Source of the DNA: Yuukianura sp. NJ FZ-2021
Lineage: Eukaryota
Direction of reading: 5' to 3'
NCBI GenBank assembly: GCA_046563655.1
Contig: CM102286.1
Span: 9,672,001 to 9,736,000 of the forward strand
Length of the DNA: 64,000 nucleotides
Below the pieces are notes generated by a model. That model saw only the letters and a program-made list of their open reading frames with translations. It searched no databases and had not been told where the DNA came from. A program made the translations under genes and the position numbers. Below, piece after piece: positions 47,825 through 61,203 of this stretch (position 1 is its first letter; every line of letters begins with the position of its first letter).

Positions 47825-50190
47825 CAATGTCCGTGAAGTATGACCCGGTTTCACCGAGGTTTCTTGAGGGGCTGACTATTCCTCGGAAATTAGCAAATAC
47901 CTCTGAATCGCAAAAACAAACGCGATGTTACGGGGTAGGCCTAATCTTCGGAATCGTCAGAACATGTTTAAAAACGTAAAACGAAATAGTCTAATTCTCG
48001 GAATCATCAGATATTGGTTAAAATGCAAAATTCAATAAGCGAATAGTAATTCTAAAAAAAATGACGTTTGGTATGAAAAAACAAATACTAGTTTTTTTTT
48101 TTACAAAATATAGCAAAAAACGTGAATGTATAAATCGGATGTTATAAATCGGATGTTGGATAATTGATAATTGAATATTGTATAACCTGGACCATTGTCA
48201 ACTTCATTTTAAGTTTAATACCACTGGGTTACACTGGTTTTATTCCTGCCGAATTTTGTGAATTTTTTTAAAGAAAATTTTTCCCTTTCGTTGTAATGGT
48301 GTTTTAAAAAAAAGTGTTCCAGTGCTGGAAAATTTAAGTAGCATGAGGCGCACTGTTTTTCTTCTAATTTGACCTTTGACTCCACTGGAGCACCTTGTTT
48401 TAGGTCTAGAACTTTTCGAAATTTTTTTGAGTAAAATTTTGAAGTTTTTTTGAACTCTTATATTGAAACAAGGTGCTCCAGTGCTGGAAAAGTTACGAAA
48501 CGTGAAATAGACTATTCTCAACTTAATTTGGCCTGACACCGCTGGAGCACCTTCTATTATATTATTTACGCTACAAATGTATATTTTGGCACAAGAGTGT
48601 ATATTATTATTAATGAATGAAGCACACAGTTTATTAAGCTTCTCAAAATTTCGAATTCTCAACTCAGCTTGTTGTGGGACGGGATTTCCCTCCATAGTTC
48701 TCATTATCACCGAGGAAACAGAGTTGGGGTGTTCACGTTTTCGTGCCACTCACTGCACATTACGTATAGCATATTCAGCATCATTTAAAAAGAACTAATA
48801 TTATGTGGTTAATTAATAAATTCATTAAGTGGTGTGAAAAGTCATGCTCCATGAAAACAGTCCATTTCATGTTTTCGGAATTTTGCAGCACTGAAGCATT
48901 TTGTTTCAGAGTAGAATTTGAAGAATGCAACATTTGATGTTTTAAAATGTTTTGAAAAATTCTGTACAACTAAAACGGTGTCGAAGGGCAAGTAAGATTG
49001 GAAATAGTCCATTTCACGTTACAGAAATTTTTCATCACCTTTCACCTTTCACTTTGTGTTAGGTGTTGTTTCAGTTCTGTTGTGTTAAATAAAATTTGAT
49101 AATTATTATTGTTAGAAAAACATTTTTTAAAAAAAAAGTCAAAATTTTCACTAAAAAATATACAGAAAATATTCTGTACGACTGAAACAAGTTGCTCCAA
49201 TCGTGGGAAGCTTCGATTTAGATTGAAAATAGCACATTTAACGTTCCAGGAATGTTCTAATCCCTGGAGCACCGTGTTTCAGAGTAGCGTTTCAAAAGTC
49301 AAAATTTTCACAAATAAAATATTTAAAAAAAATCTGTACGCTTTAAACAAGTGTCTCTAGCGGTGTCATAAGCCAAATTAAGTTGAGAACAGTCCATTTC
49401 ACGGTTCAAAAGTTTTCCAGCACTGAAGCACTTTGTTTCAAAGGAAGAGTTCAAAAAACTTCTCAATTTTACTAAAAAGAATTTAAAAATTCTGGTTGTC
49501 TAACACAAAGAGCACCAGCGGCGTCATACGCAAAATTAAGTTGGGAATAGTCCATTTCACGTTTTGTAACTGTTCCAGCACTGGAGCACCTTGCTTCAAT
49601 AAAAGAGTTCAAAAAACTTCAAAATTTTACTCAAAAAAATTTCGAAAAGTACTAGACGCCTAAAACAAGGTGCCAGTGGAGTCAAAGGTCAAATTAGGGG
49701 GAAAATAGTATACACTTCTTGCTCCTTAAATTTTCCAGCACTTGGGCACTTTCTTTTAAAACACCACTACAAAGAAAGTAAAAATTTTCTTTAAAAAAAA
49801 TTTCACAAAATTCAGTAGGAATAAAACAAGTGTACCCAGTGGTATTAGACTTAAAATGAGGTTGAAAATAGTCCAGGTTATACAATATCCAATTATCTAT
49901 TATCGTATTATCCAACATCCGATTTATACATTCACGTTTCTTTGTTATATTTTGTAAAAAAAAAAACAAACTAGTATTTGTTTTTTCATACCAAAACGCC
50001 ATTTTTTTAGAATTACTATTTGCTTATTTTATTTTGCATTTTTAACCAATATCTGATGATTCCGAGAATTAGGCCTACCCCGTAACATCGCATTTTTTGC
50101 GATTCAGAGGTATCTGCTAATTTCCGAGGAATAGTCAGCCCCTCAAGAAACCCCGGTGAAATGAAACCGGAGTCATACTTCACGGACATG
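47825..50190. mobile_element. Large foldback (FB/Galileo-like) element with ~700-bp inverted arms, non-coding
   Basis: Left arm 47825-~48553 is the reverse complement of ~49508-50190 (ends ATGTCCGTGAAGTATGAC / GTCATACTTCACGGACAT). Extra ~150-225-bp tandem units (AGTCCATTTCACG..CAGCACTG) fill 48850-49650. Possible decayed 8-bp TSD CGTTGTTA / TGTGGTTA. Confidence 0.85.
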
Positions 50191-50604
50191 TGTGGTTACT
50201 ACAACGGGTGCAATTCCGCCCTACTAGTACAGAAGGTCGTTTTGTGTTTACTTCTGAGATTGTGGCAAATTCAATTTCAAAAACAAAAATTGATAAATTG
50301 AAATTATCGAAAGTTTCTTTTTCAAACAGCCGATTAGAGAGTTCTATCGGTTGGTGGAAGTGGAGATCGTAACCGCCATAAGGCCAAGGAGATCTCATCA
50401 AGTAAACATCTTCTTGATTCTTCTTATCTTCGTGAATCGTGTTCGTGATTCGTGAATAAGTTGCCGGCCCATTTAGCAAAATCAAAGTTTGATTTTGATT
50501 ATCAAACCAAAGCTGCCGAGCTGGCGTACGACGTTAATGTAAACAAAGCCTATTTTTTGTGGATTAGTATTTAGACCGGGGTTTCTGCGGTAGCGTAAAT
50601 AACA

Positions 50605-53600
50605 ATGGATACTATCAATGAAGTCAGCATCACCGTCAACGAAACTAATCTCACTCCGAATGGAACCGAAGAAATGCCCCTCACAGTTGGCGACAATTTT
50701 CTGACTTTTTTGGACGAAAACTCTTCAGTTGTATTCAAAGGCGTAATCGATTCTAATGGAACATTCCTCATCGATCCATCCCAGTTTGTAAACATACTTC
50801 TTGATCAATCTCAACTGCAAACGCAAAGCTATATCGACGCCTCGAATCCAATGGTATAATACAATTCACATTCACACCCCAAATCATTGGTTGTTATATT
50901 GATTATCCTGTGATGATGTATTAATTAGTTGATTTAATTTTGTATGCTTCTTTTTCATTTCTAGACTATACAAATGATCCAGATACCCCAGGTTTTCCAA
51001 ACAACTGATGAAAGGTCAGTGTCAGCTGATAACCTGCAACACCAACTAGGAAAACTGAAAAGTTCCACTAAATCGTTCCAAACGCAGCCATGTATAACTT
51101 CATTGAAAACGCAAGAACCTGTCCAAACTACCAACAGCGAAGATTCTGCTCTTCCTTTGATACAGCCATCGCTGTTATCAGCATCTTCTTCTATTACTAC
51201 CGAGCTACATCCGCCAGCAACAACAAATTCCACTGTAGTAGAAACAGCATCGGAAAGCGAGAAAGGGTTCAGGCATCCTACCGCCGAAGCGTCAAATCTA
51301 ACAGCTCCATTGTCATGCAACATCTGCCATGAAGTATATCCGGGATATCAACAGCTGAAGAAACACAAGGCTACTCATGTCGACGAGAAACCGTTCCGCT
51401 GTCCACAATGCGTAATGGAATTTAATTTTGATATGAATTTGAAACTCCATTTAATTATCCATGACGCTGAACAATCCGGAATACTCCAATGCAAAGTTTG
51501 TCTGGCGAAATTTTCTCGAATGGGTAAATCAGTTTATAAATATAACAATTAAATCGAACTCAACCCGACTTACGCTCGTTTGATAGTTTTTCTTTTCACT
51601 TAACGAATATTTGCTTTAAAAGTGCAAAAAATCTTATAAACCTTCATATCAAATGTTTAGGATTATTAGGATCTAGAATTTTTTCTCGGAATTACTCAGG
51701 TCTTTATGCAAATTTTTGTGAATTCATTTTCTACTTCTTATTCCTATTTTTAGCGAGTCTGAAGAGTCATCTACGAACACACGAAAGAGAAGAAAACTTG
51801 GTATGCAACGAATGCGGAGAGGAAGTACCCACTATTGCGAAATTAAATGATCATATGGGTAAGTAAAGTCAACACCCCGTTGAGAATTGAATGACGGTCT
51901 TTGGATTGATAAGTTTTATTTGAATTCTTGTCTTTTTGATATGTAGAGGAGCATAACCCACGTGTTCAGCAGTGCATGGTATACCGATGTAAGCTCTGCG
52001 GTAAAACATTCAACTCACAGGCTTTACTACGAGATCATTCAAAAGGACATGCTGACGTCCGGAAAGAACTGAAACTGTTTGCCAGGCAGAAGCCTCGATC
52101 TCGATCTAAATCCAAAACAAAATTGACGTCCAGCAGTTCATCTACTAGTTGGAGCTCTGCGATTTCGAAGCAGAAAAAGAAAAGAATCTGCTCTGTTTGT
52201 TCCAAGGCATTTGATAAGGTATTTCTTTACTAATTCCGTGTTTTCTGCAATTAGTTTTTTTTATAATTAACGAATTTATTTTTCCAGCCAAGTCAACTAG
52301 AACGACACTTCCGAGTTCATTCCGGGGCAAAACCATTCAAGTGCTCTTATCCAAGCTGTAATAAATGGTAAACATCGTCATTTCACTTGCTATTGACTGA
52401 AGTTCAGCTTAATAAGCTTGCATTGTTTTTGCAGCTTTAATCAAAAAGTTACATTGGAGAGTCACGTTCTTGCCTGCCATCAAAGACTGAAGCCTTTCAA
52501 GTGTCATATGTGCAACATATGCTTCAGCCAACGCGGTAATTTGAAGAGTCACATCGTCAAGGTCCACATTCCCTCGGGAGAAAATGAAAAAGTATTCAAG
52601 TGTGAAGAATGTGCTTGTGTTTACCGTCGCTTAGCAACTCTAAACCATCATATTGCTCGTGTACATTCCGTTGTCAGTACCGAAAGCGAAACAGCTCTGT
52701 CACATCTTCAGAACCCTGATTTGGACGAAGGAAATTCCAATCGAAGCTCTCACAATGAGAAACTAGATCATGCAGAAGTAGACTCCGGTGTCGCGAATTC
52801 TGTCACTGGTGAACACGAGAATCAACAATCAAGGCAGGAAGCATCTCATTCGGAGGATCCAACGCCTTCTGCTTCTGGGCCTGTACATACCACAGAAACA
52901 ACGATCCATGAAGTCAACTGTGTTTACGGAGACTCGCGGGGTGCACCGAAGCGATGTTTACTCAAAGTGAAGAAAGTTGGCCAGAAAAAGTATCACCTAT
53001 GTCCTGTTTGTCCAAAGTCTTTCCATAAACCGTCAGACTTGATTCGTCATATCCGGGTAAGACAGTGCTTAGCTTGCGGGCGGTCTAGTAATTCAGAGCA
53101 ACAAACAATGATGGAATTTTTATCTGATGCTAGGTACACACTCAAGAGAGGCCTTATACGGTAAGAATTTGAACGTTATGTGGGCAATATGTAGATCGAT
53201 TATGGTAGTTTTGTCTTCTAAAAAGTTTTAACTTATTGTTAACTTTTGTTTGTAGTGCAATATTTGCGCAAAATCATTTGCCGTCAAGTCTACACTGAAT
53301 ACGCATTTGAAAACCCACGACCTCGTCAAAAGACTGAGTTGCAACGTATGTCAAAAGAAGTTTAGCGTTCTGTCTTCATTAAAATCACACGAACGTAAGT
53401 TCACTTCTATTAAAATTCGTTATATCCTAATCCCAATTTTAGCTTCAAATGAAAATTATTTGTATCCCAACTTTCAGGACTGCATACTGGTGTTAAACCG
53501 TGAGTCGATAATGTCCATTTGTAATTTTATATGTTGACTTTACAGCGTTAAAAACTTAATTTATTTTTATCTGTTTTCAGATTTCAGTGCATGCAATGTG

Positions 53601-56600
53601 GGAAGCAGTTTCGAACGTCTACTCAACGGTGGGTTGATTCGATTCTTTGTCTTTTACCAGAAAAGGAAACTCATTAATATTGTTCACAAAAGCTTACGTC
53701 TAGTGGTCTAGTGTCTTCATTTTGTTTTTCCTTCTAATGTACTCAGTCGGGTTCATCAAAAGACTCACACCAGACAAGCGCTGGGGCTCACGGGACGAAG
53801 AAAGTTATTGCGAATTGGTGACACAAAATCGAATGTTAAACTTTCTGATCCGCTCCAAATTACTTCGGCTGGTAAGTGTCGGATTTAATCATTTGTTAAA
53901 AACTCCGCAAAATCGTAACATCTAACTTGCGTTTCAGGTCTAGTGCCTGTCCCAAATAAAGTAAGCAGGACGACTACCGACGGAGTTCCAATTCCAGAAG
54001 CGTCTCGCCCTTTTCGTTGCAATCAAGCTAACTGCTCCTCCAGCTATAAAAAATCGTCTCATCTGAAACAGCATATGCTCAGTCACAGCGGAGAAAGACC
54101 TTATAAATGCCTTCAGTGTCATCGGTTAGTACGCAGCTTTCTAAATCGAAATGAGTTGTGTTGCTTAGACCTTGATTTGTAATATACAACTTATTTTTAG
54201 GAACTTCATTTCCAGTGGAGTACTGAAAAATCATATAAAAACACACGAAGGTGTCAGGGCCTACAGATGTGAACAATGTCACTTTGCATTTACAACAAAT
54301 GGAAGTTTAAAGAGGCATATGGCAACGCATGTTGAAGAACGTCTTTTCGTGTGTCCGTATTGTGCAAGGACGTTCAAGACGAGTGTAGCTACAAGGAAGC
54401 ATATTAAAGTCCACAGAAATGAAGCCAATTCTGGTCTCACGGACTTGAACGATCCGGCAAAAGGAATTATGCTCATCAATCAATCCCAGCCCACATCCAC
54501 TTCTACAACAGAATTCCCGCAACAGTTTCCCAACATGCAAGTCTGTGATACTTCGGGCATAAATACAATTTACGGAACCGAATTTCCCGGTAATAAATTA
54601 TTTCATTTTATTATAAAAACAAGACTCGGGTCATACAATTATTTTCTCCTTTTAGAAATGAATCATGTGCTGACAAACCAAATCAATATAACGCCATGTC
54701 AGGAAACGGAACAACAAGGTTTAAGTCAACAGCAGCAGCCAGAGCTGGCAATTTCAACGGACGATGTTGTTGCGAATAGTTCTTCTGTTCCTTGTCAAGA
54801 AGAGTCCCTAATATTACATCACTCTGTCGGAGACAACATTCTTGAGTACACCTTATTGGCATCTACAATTAACTCCCAAGATGATCCAAACGAAAACTTA
54901 GATTTACCGATGGACCAAGAAACTAACTTCGATTCGTCCATATTTACTCTGCAGGTAACTATAAAACCATACTGGGGACGAGCTGTTACTTTTACCATCC
55001 TCGGCTTACTACTCTTGTGTTATTTTTATAATACTAATTTACTCTTTCTCCTTTTTTTTCAGCTGCAACATGGAGAGTCCCTGGATTTGCAGTTTTTACA
55101 GGATTCACAAGGGATTGGGAGCGAAACAGGGAACTGCCTGAACCAAATTGTGTCTTACGAGTTTGAGTCTTCGTCAGCTCCTACTCAAGAAGCATCGACG
55201 GAATACGTTCCAGATCTAGAACCTAATACAACGGTAGAAACTGGAGGTGAAGATGATTTTAGGATTAGCCAGCCTCCAGAGACACCTTCGTTAGTATCCG
55301 CTGTATCTGTAACAAAAAAGAAGAGTCCTACAGCTAAGAAGGAAGCACAAGATGGCAAAACTGGAGAGACTACGGCAGAAGTCAGAAATTTACAAGAAGT
55401 TACTCGGCCTATTTCGGAACAGTTGTATACAGAGTTGACTACGTTGCCTTATCAGAGGCGATCGAAAGTTGAAAATGGAGTCGGCAGTCCGGACGAATCG
55501 AGTGGCAACAAAAGCTGTCCGATTTGTAAGGCCAAGTTCAAAAAGAAAAGTGACCTTGACCGTCATTACCTTATACATACTGGAGAGAAGCCATACAGGT
55601 TGGAGAAAATAGCAACATTTTGTTCTGGTACTAACAACTATTCGACTAATAATGTAATTATGATTGAATTCTTTAGGTGTTCTGTCTGCGGAAAGTCTTT
55701 CCGGTAAATATCCTTGTACTAGCTCGTAGGAACTACACAACGAAGTATTATTAACGTTTAGAAAAAATATTTCTAGTGTCAAGTCCACGCGTCAAGCGCA
55801 CATGAGGACGCATGATGAGAAAAAGAAAACCGTAGCATGTCACGTTTGTTCCAATTTATTCTCTACAAAAAGCAGGTAAAAATAAATTGACAACTATCTT
55901 TGTTCTACTTAATCGGAAGTCTTTTGCTCATGAAAGAATTCTCTTTTTTTTTAAACTTTAATTGCAGCTTACGTGTCCATCTTAGAAGCCATCTGAATCT
56001 CAAGGTAAGTTGCACTTTTGTTTTACTTTTACTTCAGTTTCATTTGTATCATAGATTCACCGGTATTGTTTCGCTTTCTTTTCAGCCATATCCATGCCCC
56101 TTCCCGAGCTGCACTCGGCAATTTAGAACCAGTGGACATCGGAAATCTCACATCCAGTCACACTTCAAGCAGGCTAGGAAACACAAGTTGGAAACAGAAA
56201 ATGGTTTTGCTAACCAGTCTGGTAATTTACCATCGGTTGACTCCATCAAAGACAATCAATGCACCATTAATCAGCAAATTGAAGAACTGGAACAAAGGGT
56301 ACAGGCTGCGCTAGAGACTCCCGCTGAAACGATCAATGTGCCGGAGAATAGTCAGATACCCAATGGGGTTCAATTGCAGTTTGACGGAGTACATTTCGCC
56401 AGTTTGGATATGAGTTCGTTACAAGTGGATGACAGTTTTCTGCAGAACGTCACCAATGTCATCTTCCTTCCGCAAGGTTCAGAAACAGAAGTGGTCGATG
56501 GAACGAATATGATCATTGAAATGCTACCCGGACAGGAACTGGTTCAAGGTTCAACGTCAGATATTCTATCGGGAAGGGATATCCTGGCTTACGACGTTAA

Positions 56601-57099
56601 TGTACTAGGATCTACTGATCAAGTCAATGGCACCATAACCATGCCAGAGAACATTCATCAGTACATTATCCATAATGAAATGATGAGTAGTGCAGCAAGG
56701 CCTTCTAACAGTGTTCTGCCAAATGCAAGTATTGGTCACGAATATATTCTTCCGACGGACGGGATTCCAGAAACAAGCTGTTCTGTCTGTGATAAGTCTT
56801 TCTCGTCCAAGGCGCTCATGGAAAAGCACAAGAAGACGCATTGTCCAGCTTCCCAGTCACTTAAATGCACCGTTTGCTCTCGAACCTTTGTCCAGAAGGC
56901 CTCTTTTGAAGCTCATTTGAAAACACATTCAAAGGCAAAGGTTGAGTTGCGCTGTCCACGCTGTCCATATACAACTCAACGAAAGCCAAATCTGAAGACA
57001 CATTTTTCCAGAGCTCATCCGAACAATTGGGACGAGTTTAACGAAGTAGTTGGAAATCTTCAGACAAAGGTTACTAAATCGGCATTACAGCCTGTATAA
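50605..57099 (+). CDS. ZNF236: Multi-C2H2 zinc-finger protein, ZNF236-like; many short introns
   Basis: Exons begin 50605-50853, 50965-51523, 51754-..., and the last ends at TAA 57097-57099. Fingers FHKPSDLIRHIRVHTQERPY, YKKSSHLKQH..HSGERPYKC, FISSGVLKNH, FTTNGSLKRHMATH and FRTSGHRKSHIQSH match remembered ZNF236 motifs. Confidence 0.85.
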
Positions 57100-57431
57100 C
57101 GTATGTAGTTGAACAAGTTTGTAGTTTAGTTTGTAAAAGTGTTTAGGTTGTAGTATCAGATGCGAAGATGCGATTAATGCCAATAGTACTTGTTCCAGTT
57201 TATCTATCATTGTTATCTGTTATGTCATAATCAGAAGTCAAGAAAGTAATTTTAAAGTATTTAAGACTGAATTTTGTTTGATTACTTATGTAAAGGCTGA
57301 GAACTATTGTGATCCATATGCATAGAACAAAAGTAATCATGTAAACTATGGATATTTGGAAATCTTTTCATGTTTTTTCAGTTTAAAATTGAGTAATTAA
57401 GTTAAATTTTAATTACCTCACTCATATGAAG

Positions 57432-57891
57432 GTGAAAATGGCCTAACCTAACCACCTAACCTGAAAATGGCCGTGTGATTGGCCATTTAAAAGATGGAGA
57501 CTTTTTCGGCGAATTGTCACTCATTTCCAGCGAAAAGCGTGTAGCGTCAGTTGTTGCTACAAGTCAAGTTAATGCCTATATTCTGCATAGAGCCGACTTC
57601 AATGTCGCCATGGCTGGATATCCTGGTACAGCCTATTTTCAAAATCGAAATTTCGAAAAACACGATTTTCTAACTTTGAGTTTCAAATTTTTAGAAATTT
57701 TGCAACGCATTTTGAAAATTGCTCATGGACGAATCAACAAAATCAACTACGTGGCGGACATTATTCGGGCAAACGATGGAAATGCTAAATTGGAAATTCA
57801 AAAAGAATTGGAAGCAATTGCTAAACAAAAGAGAGCCAACAGAGATTCACTTTCATCTTCTTCGTCATCTTCAGCATCGACACTCGTCTAG
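57432..57891 (+). pseudogene. Orphan 3' fragment of a cyclic-nucleotide-binding-domain gene (HCN/CNG-channel-like)
   Basis: ENGRVIGHLKDGDFFGELSLISSEKRVASVVATSQVNAYILHRADF is a cNMP phosphate-binding cassette. Exons 57432-57625 and 57695-57891. No upstream exons are visible in the ~330 bp after the ZNF236-like stop, and a 29-nt insertion disrupts the exon start. Confidence 0.7.
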
Positions 57892-58647
57892 AGGTCAAAG
57901 GTCAACCAAATTTCATGAAATACAAACAGAGTCTAATAAACAAAACGTAGTTGAAGTTCATATTTTAGTAATGAAACTTTGAAAATTATGGTTTTCAAAG
58001 CTATATTTTCTGCTTGAAAGAAAGTTATTGTTTTCTTTCGATTTTTTATGTACTTCGGGGTTATTCCTCCCTTCATTTGTACAAAGGCAGAATTTATTGA
58101 CGTGCTAAAGCCAAAATATTATCATCCATTGCATCTTATGGAGAAAAAAGGGAGTAGAGTGGATTGGGTTTGATTCTGAATTGATTTATTACCCTCGGCT
58201 AAGTCCAATTCGAATGGACAATTGAAATACTTTTCAGATGCATCATAGCCTATGCTGTAAAGATCTTCTGAAAAGGCGTTTGAGTTTTGATGGTTGAAGT
58301 AGCTCGTTAAGAAGTAATTGAAAATCATGATTCTTCTGCAGCCTAGGGAAACAAAGGGAAGTCTTAAAAATTCTTCAACTTCTTCTTCCTTCCTGTCTCA
58401 AACATCATCCAGTTCACATCTACCTGTCGACAGCGTCTCTTATTATACATTCAAACTCGTTTTGCAACTAAAAAAAATTGCAATTACAGAATAGTTTACA
58501 AAAAATTGACAGTTTTTGGATCATTGTGCAGTTGCTATTTTCTGTGCAACGATTCATAAAAAATTAGTTGCAAATCAGTTTAATTTCAGTTAACTAATTT
58601 CATAAGTTAAAATTTGACCATTTGCTAAATTTTTAGAGGTGTGAAAA

Positions 58648-61164
58648 ATGCAATCACTAACGCTGAGCTTAATTAGTGGATTGGTGGTGCTGACTGCTTT
58701 GAACAGTCTGTCATGCGCTTTAGCGTTTTCAAACGCTAACGACTGGGATAACGCGGATTCTGTTGTAGTTGAAGGTAAAGTTGAGATTTAGCCCGACATT
58801 CGCTATAATTGTATCATTTAAGTTACTGTTTTGATTGATTTTAATTTCTTTGGTTCACTAATTTTATGTTAAAACCCGGGTAGCCCATGTCGCAAGTGAA
58901 AATGATGCTGACCAATCGCTAGAAGAAGAAAGCAACGGGCGATTTCGACGCCAATTCGTGAGTGTGACTGGGGTGGGACAATTTCCCGGGTTCCCACCGG
59001 GGTGGCCCTTTGGTGGTCAACGCCCTCAGGCACCAGAACATGTCCAGGCGAAACCAAATCCGTTTTCAGAACCATGCAAAACTGTTCGCGGAGAAGAGGG
59101 ACGCTGTACACTCATGTCAAAGTGTTATCCAGTATTGTACAGTGCAGATTCCGGAAATGAAACGGGTCACTTGGTTCTAAGGAATCCCAATTTGGCTGAG
59201 ATTTTGAGGTCACAGGTCAGCGGTCCCTGTGACGCTCCCGAGGAAATTGCAAATCAGTTCCTGTTTAAAGCCGGTAACCACTTCTTCCAAAATTTTGACG
59301 CTAAATTCTGATGAAGCTTTAGTTGTGAAACTAGTGTTCGTTTTTTAAATTAGAGACAGGAAAGTTTCGAAGGAAGCTGATTTGCTGTCCAAAGGAGGAT
59401 TCGAAACAACAGCCGAAACCAGTGTCAACCTCGCCCACCTCCAACAACGACGACGACAACTTCAACGACGACGACCACAGCCGTAGCATGGACACGGTAC
59501 ACAACAACGGTTCCGTCGACACGGTACACAACAACGGTTCCGTCGACACGGTACACAACAACGGTTCCGTCGACACGGTACACAACAACGGTTCCGTCGA
59601 CACGGTACACAACAACGGTTCCGTCGACTCGGTACACAACGACGGTTCGGTACTTTCCACAACAGTTGAGGCCGTTCGGTCACCGCCCTCCGACAATTAG
59701 TCCAGGACAACTCAAAACAACAACGGCTCGACCACTCGTTGGATCCAGTTGCGGCATTTCCAAAATTGTCGGTGGAACGGAGGCTGTTGCTGGCAAATAT
59801 CCATGGATTGTATGTTTTTCATTTCATTGCATATAAAACGTATTACATCAACAGCAAACAAACACGTAATTTTGCATCAACACCTTTTGTTTTAAACGTT
59901 GTTGAAGGAAAACGCCGTTTACATAATAGTTTCTGTCTTCTAACCGATGCGATGGCACAAACCTAAATATTTTACAGATAAACGAGGTTACAATTATATG
60001 TTTTATTTTTAGGTGGCGTTAATGAACGGGCACAAGCAGTGAGTTACAATTTTTTGAATTTTTTTTTGTGCTCTAAAATTTTGAACTTTGAAATTTTTGG
60101 AAAAGCATGATTTTTGTAAGGTATTTTTTGTTAAATTGAGTTTTTGCACAATTTTATTGCAGATTTTGTGGTGGGTCGTTAATTGACAGTCAGCATGTTC
60201 TGACTGCAGCAGTAAGTGTAGTATTCAAATTTACTTGATTAAAAGGTGTCAATTAATTGTATTTAATCAATTAACTAATTATTTCCGCATTTTGTTAATT
60301 TAGCACTGTGTTAGTCACATGCAGGCTCATGATGTTGCGAGGGTTCGCGTCCTCCTAGGAGCACACAACATTCATCAACTTTCACAAACGACAGTCGTCA
60401 AAAAAGTTGCAAGACTTGTCAGACATCGATACTTTAGTCATCAAACGCTCGTAAGACAATTAAAAATTGAAATTTGTTGTTATGAATATGATGTATCTTT
60501 GATTTTGGCTTTTTCTAGCACAATGATGTGGCTGTAATGAAACTAGACAGCCCAGTTACATTTTCAAATTACATTGCACCAATTTGTCTTACAAAAGGAT
60601 AGAATCGTTTTGCAAACGAGGAAGCAGTTGTAGCAGGTGAGAAGAGATCGAAATTTTGAAAATTTCGCGTTTTTAAAACCAGAACTTTCAAATATTTTTG
60701 AATTTCTTCAGGATGGGGAAGCATAAGTGAACATGGAGGACAACCTTCAACATTACGTGAAGTCAAAATTGACATTTGGACAAACGAAAAATGCAGACAG
60801 AAGTATGGTCACCAGGCTCCCGGTGGAATCACTGAGCACATGGTGTGAACTTTCAAAATTTTGAAAAATTTCAACAAAAAGATGATGCCTGACTTTCTTT
60901 TTTGAATTTTAGATGTGCGCTGGGTCGTACAGTCGCGACGCTTGTCGCGGAGACTCTGGCGGTCCACTAATGTCACACAAATCTGGAAATTATTTTGAAC
61001 AAATCGGAATTGTCTCATGGGGCATCGGATGTGGAAGGTTCCCCGGAGTGTAAGTTGGAAAATAATGTATTTAATTATATGCAATTAATTAATTTTTAAT
61101 ACATTTTTATAGTTATTCCCGTGTGACTGACTTCCTCGCATGGATCACCAAGAACATTCAATAA
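58648..61164 (+). pseudogene. CLIP-domain trypsin-like serine protease (proclotting-enzyme-like), 10 exons, disrupted by a frameshift and a premature stop
   Basis: Exons 58648-58774 (signal peptide), 58884-59273 (clip: PCKT..GRCT..KCY..C), 59354-59809 (LICCP, Thr-rich linker, CGISK|IVGG), 60013-60038, 60163-60211, 60304-60450 (TAA|HC), 60519-60636 (NDVA), 60712-60842, 60913-61049 ([10 protein letters not shown]), 61113-61164. Frame change near 59425; in-frame TAG at 60600-60602. Confidence 0.85.
59491..59648 (+). repeat. 27-bp coding tandem repeat, ~5.9 copies (TRYTTTVPS in the protease frame)
   Basis: Unit GACACGGTACACAACAACGGTTCCGTC, head to tail with no spacers. Confidence 0.95.
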
Positions 61165-61203
61165 GAAATGCAGTAAAAACTAATTTTTGTGAGGGGTAGG
61201 GTA

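Noticed and set aside
54172..57099. 511-aa and 399-aa ORFs as separate genes, including an apparent TM segment
   Set aside because: They are ZNF236-like exons joined by in-frame introns; the hydrophobic stretch is intron 54956-55062.
58122..58345. Short - strand ORF with an upstream acceptor-like site
   Set aside because: No homology recognised and no convincing upstream exon.
59491..59648. 27-bp repeats as a CRISPR array
   Set aside because: No unique spacers, no cas genes, eukaryotic exon context.
59422..59700. DTVHNNGSV-repeat ORF as an independent gene
   Set aside because: It lies inside exon 3 of the CLIP protease and is the shifted frame of the Thr-rich linker.
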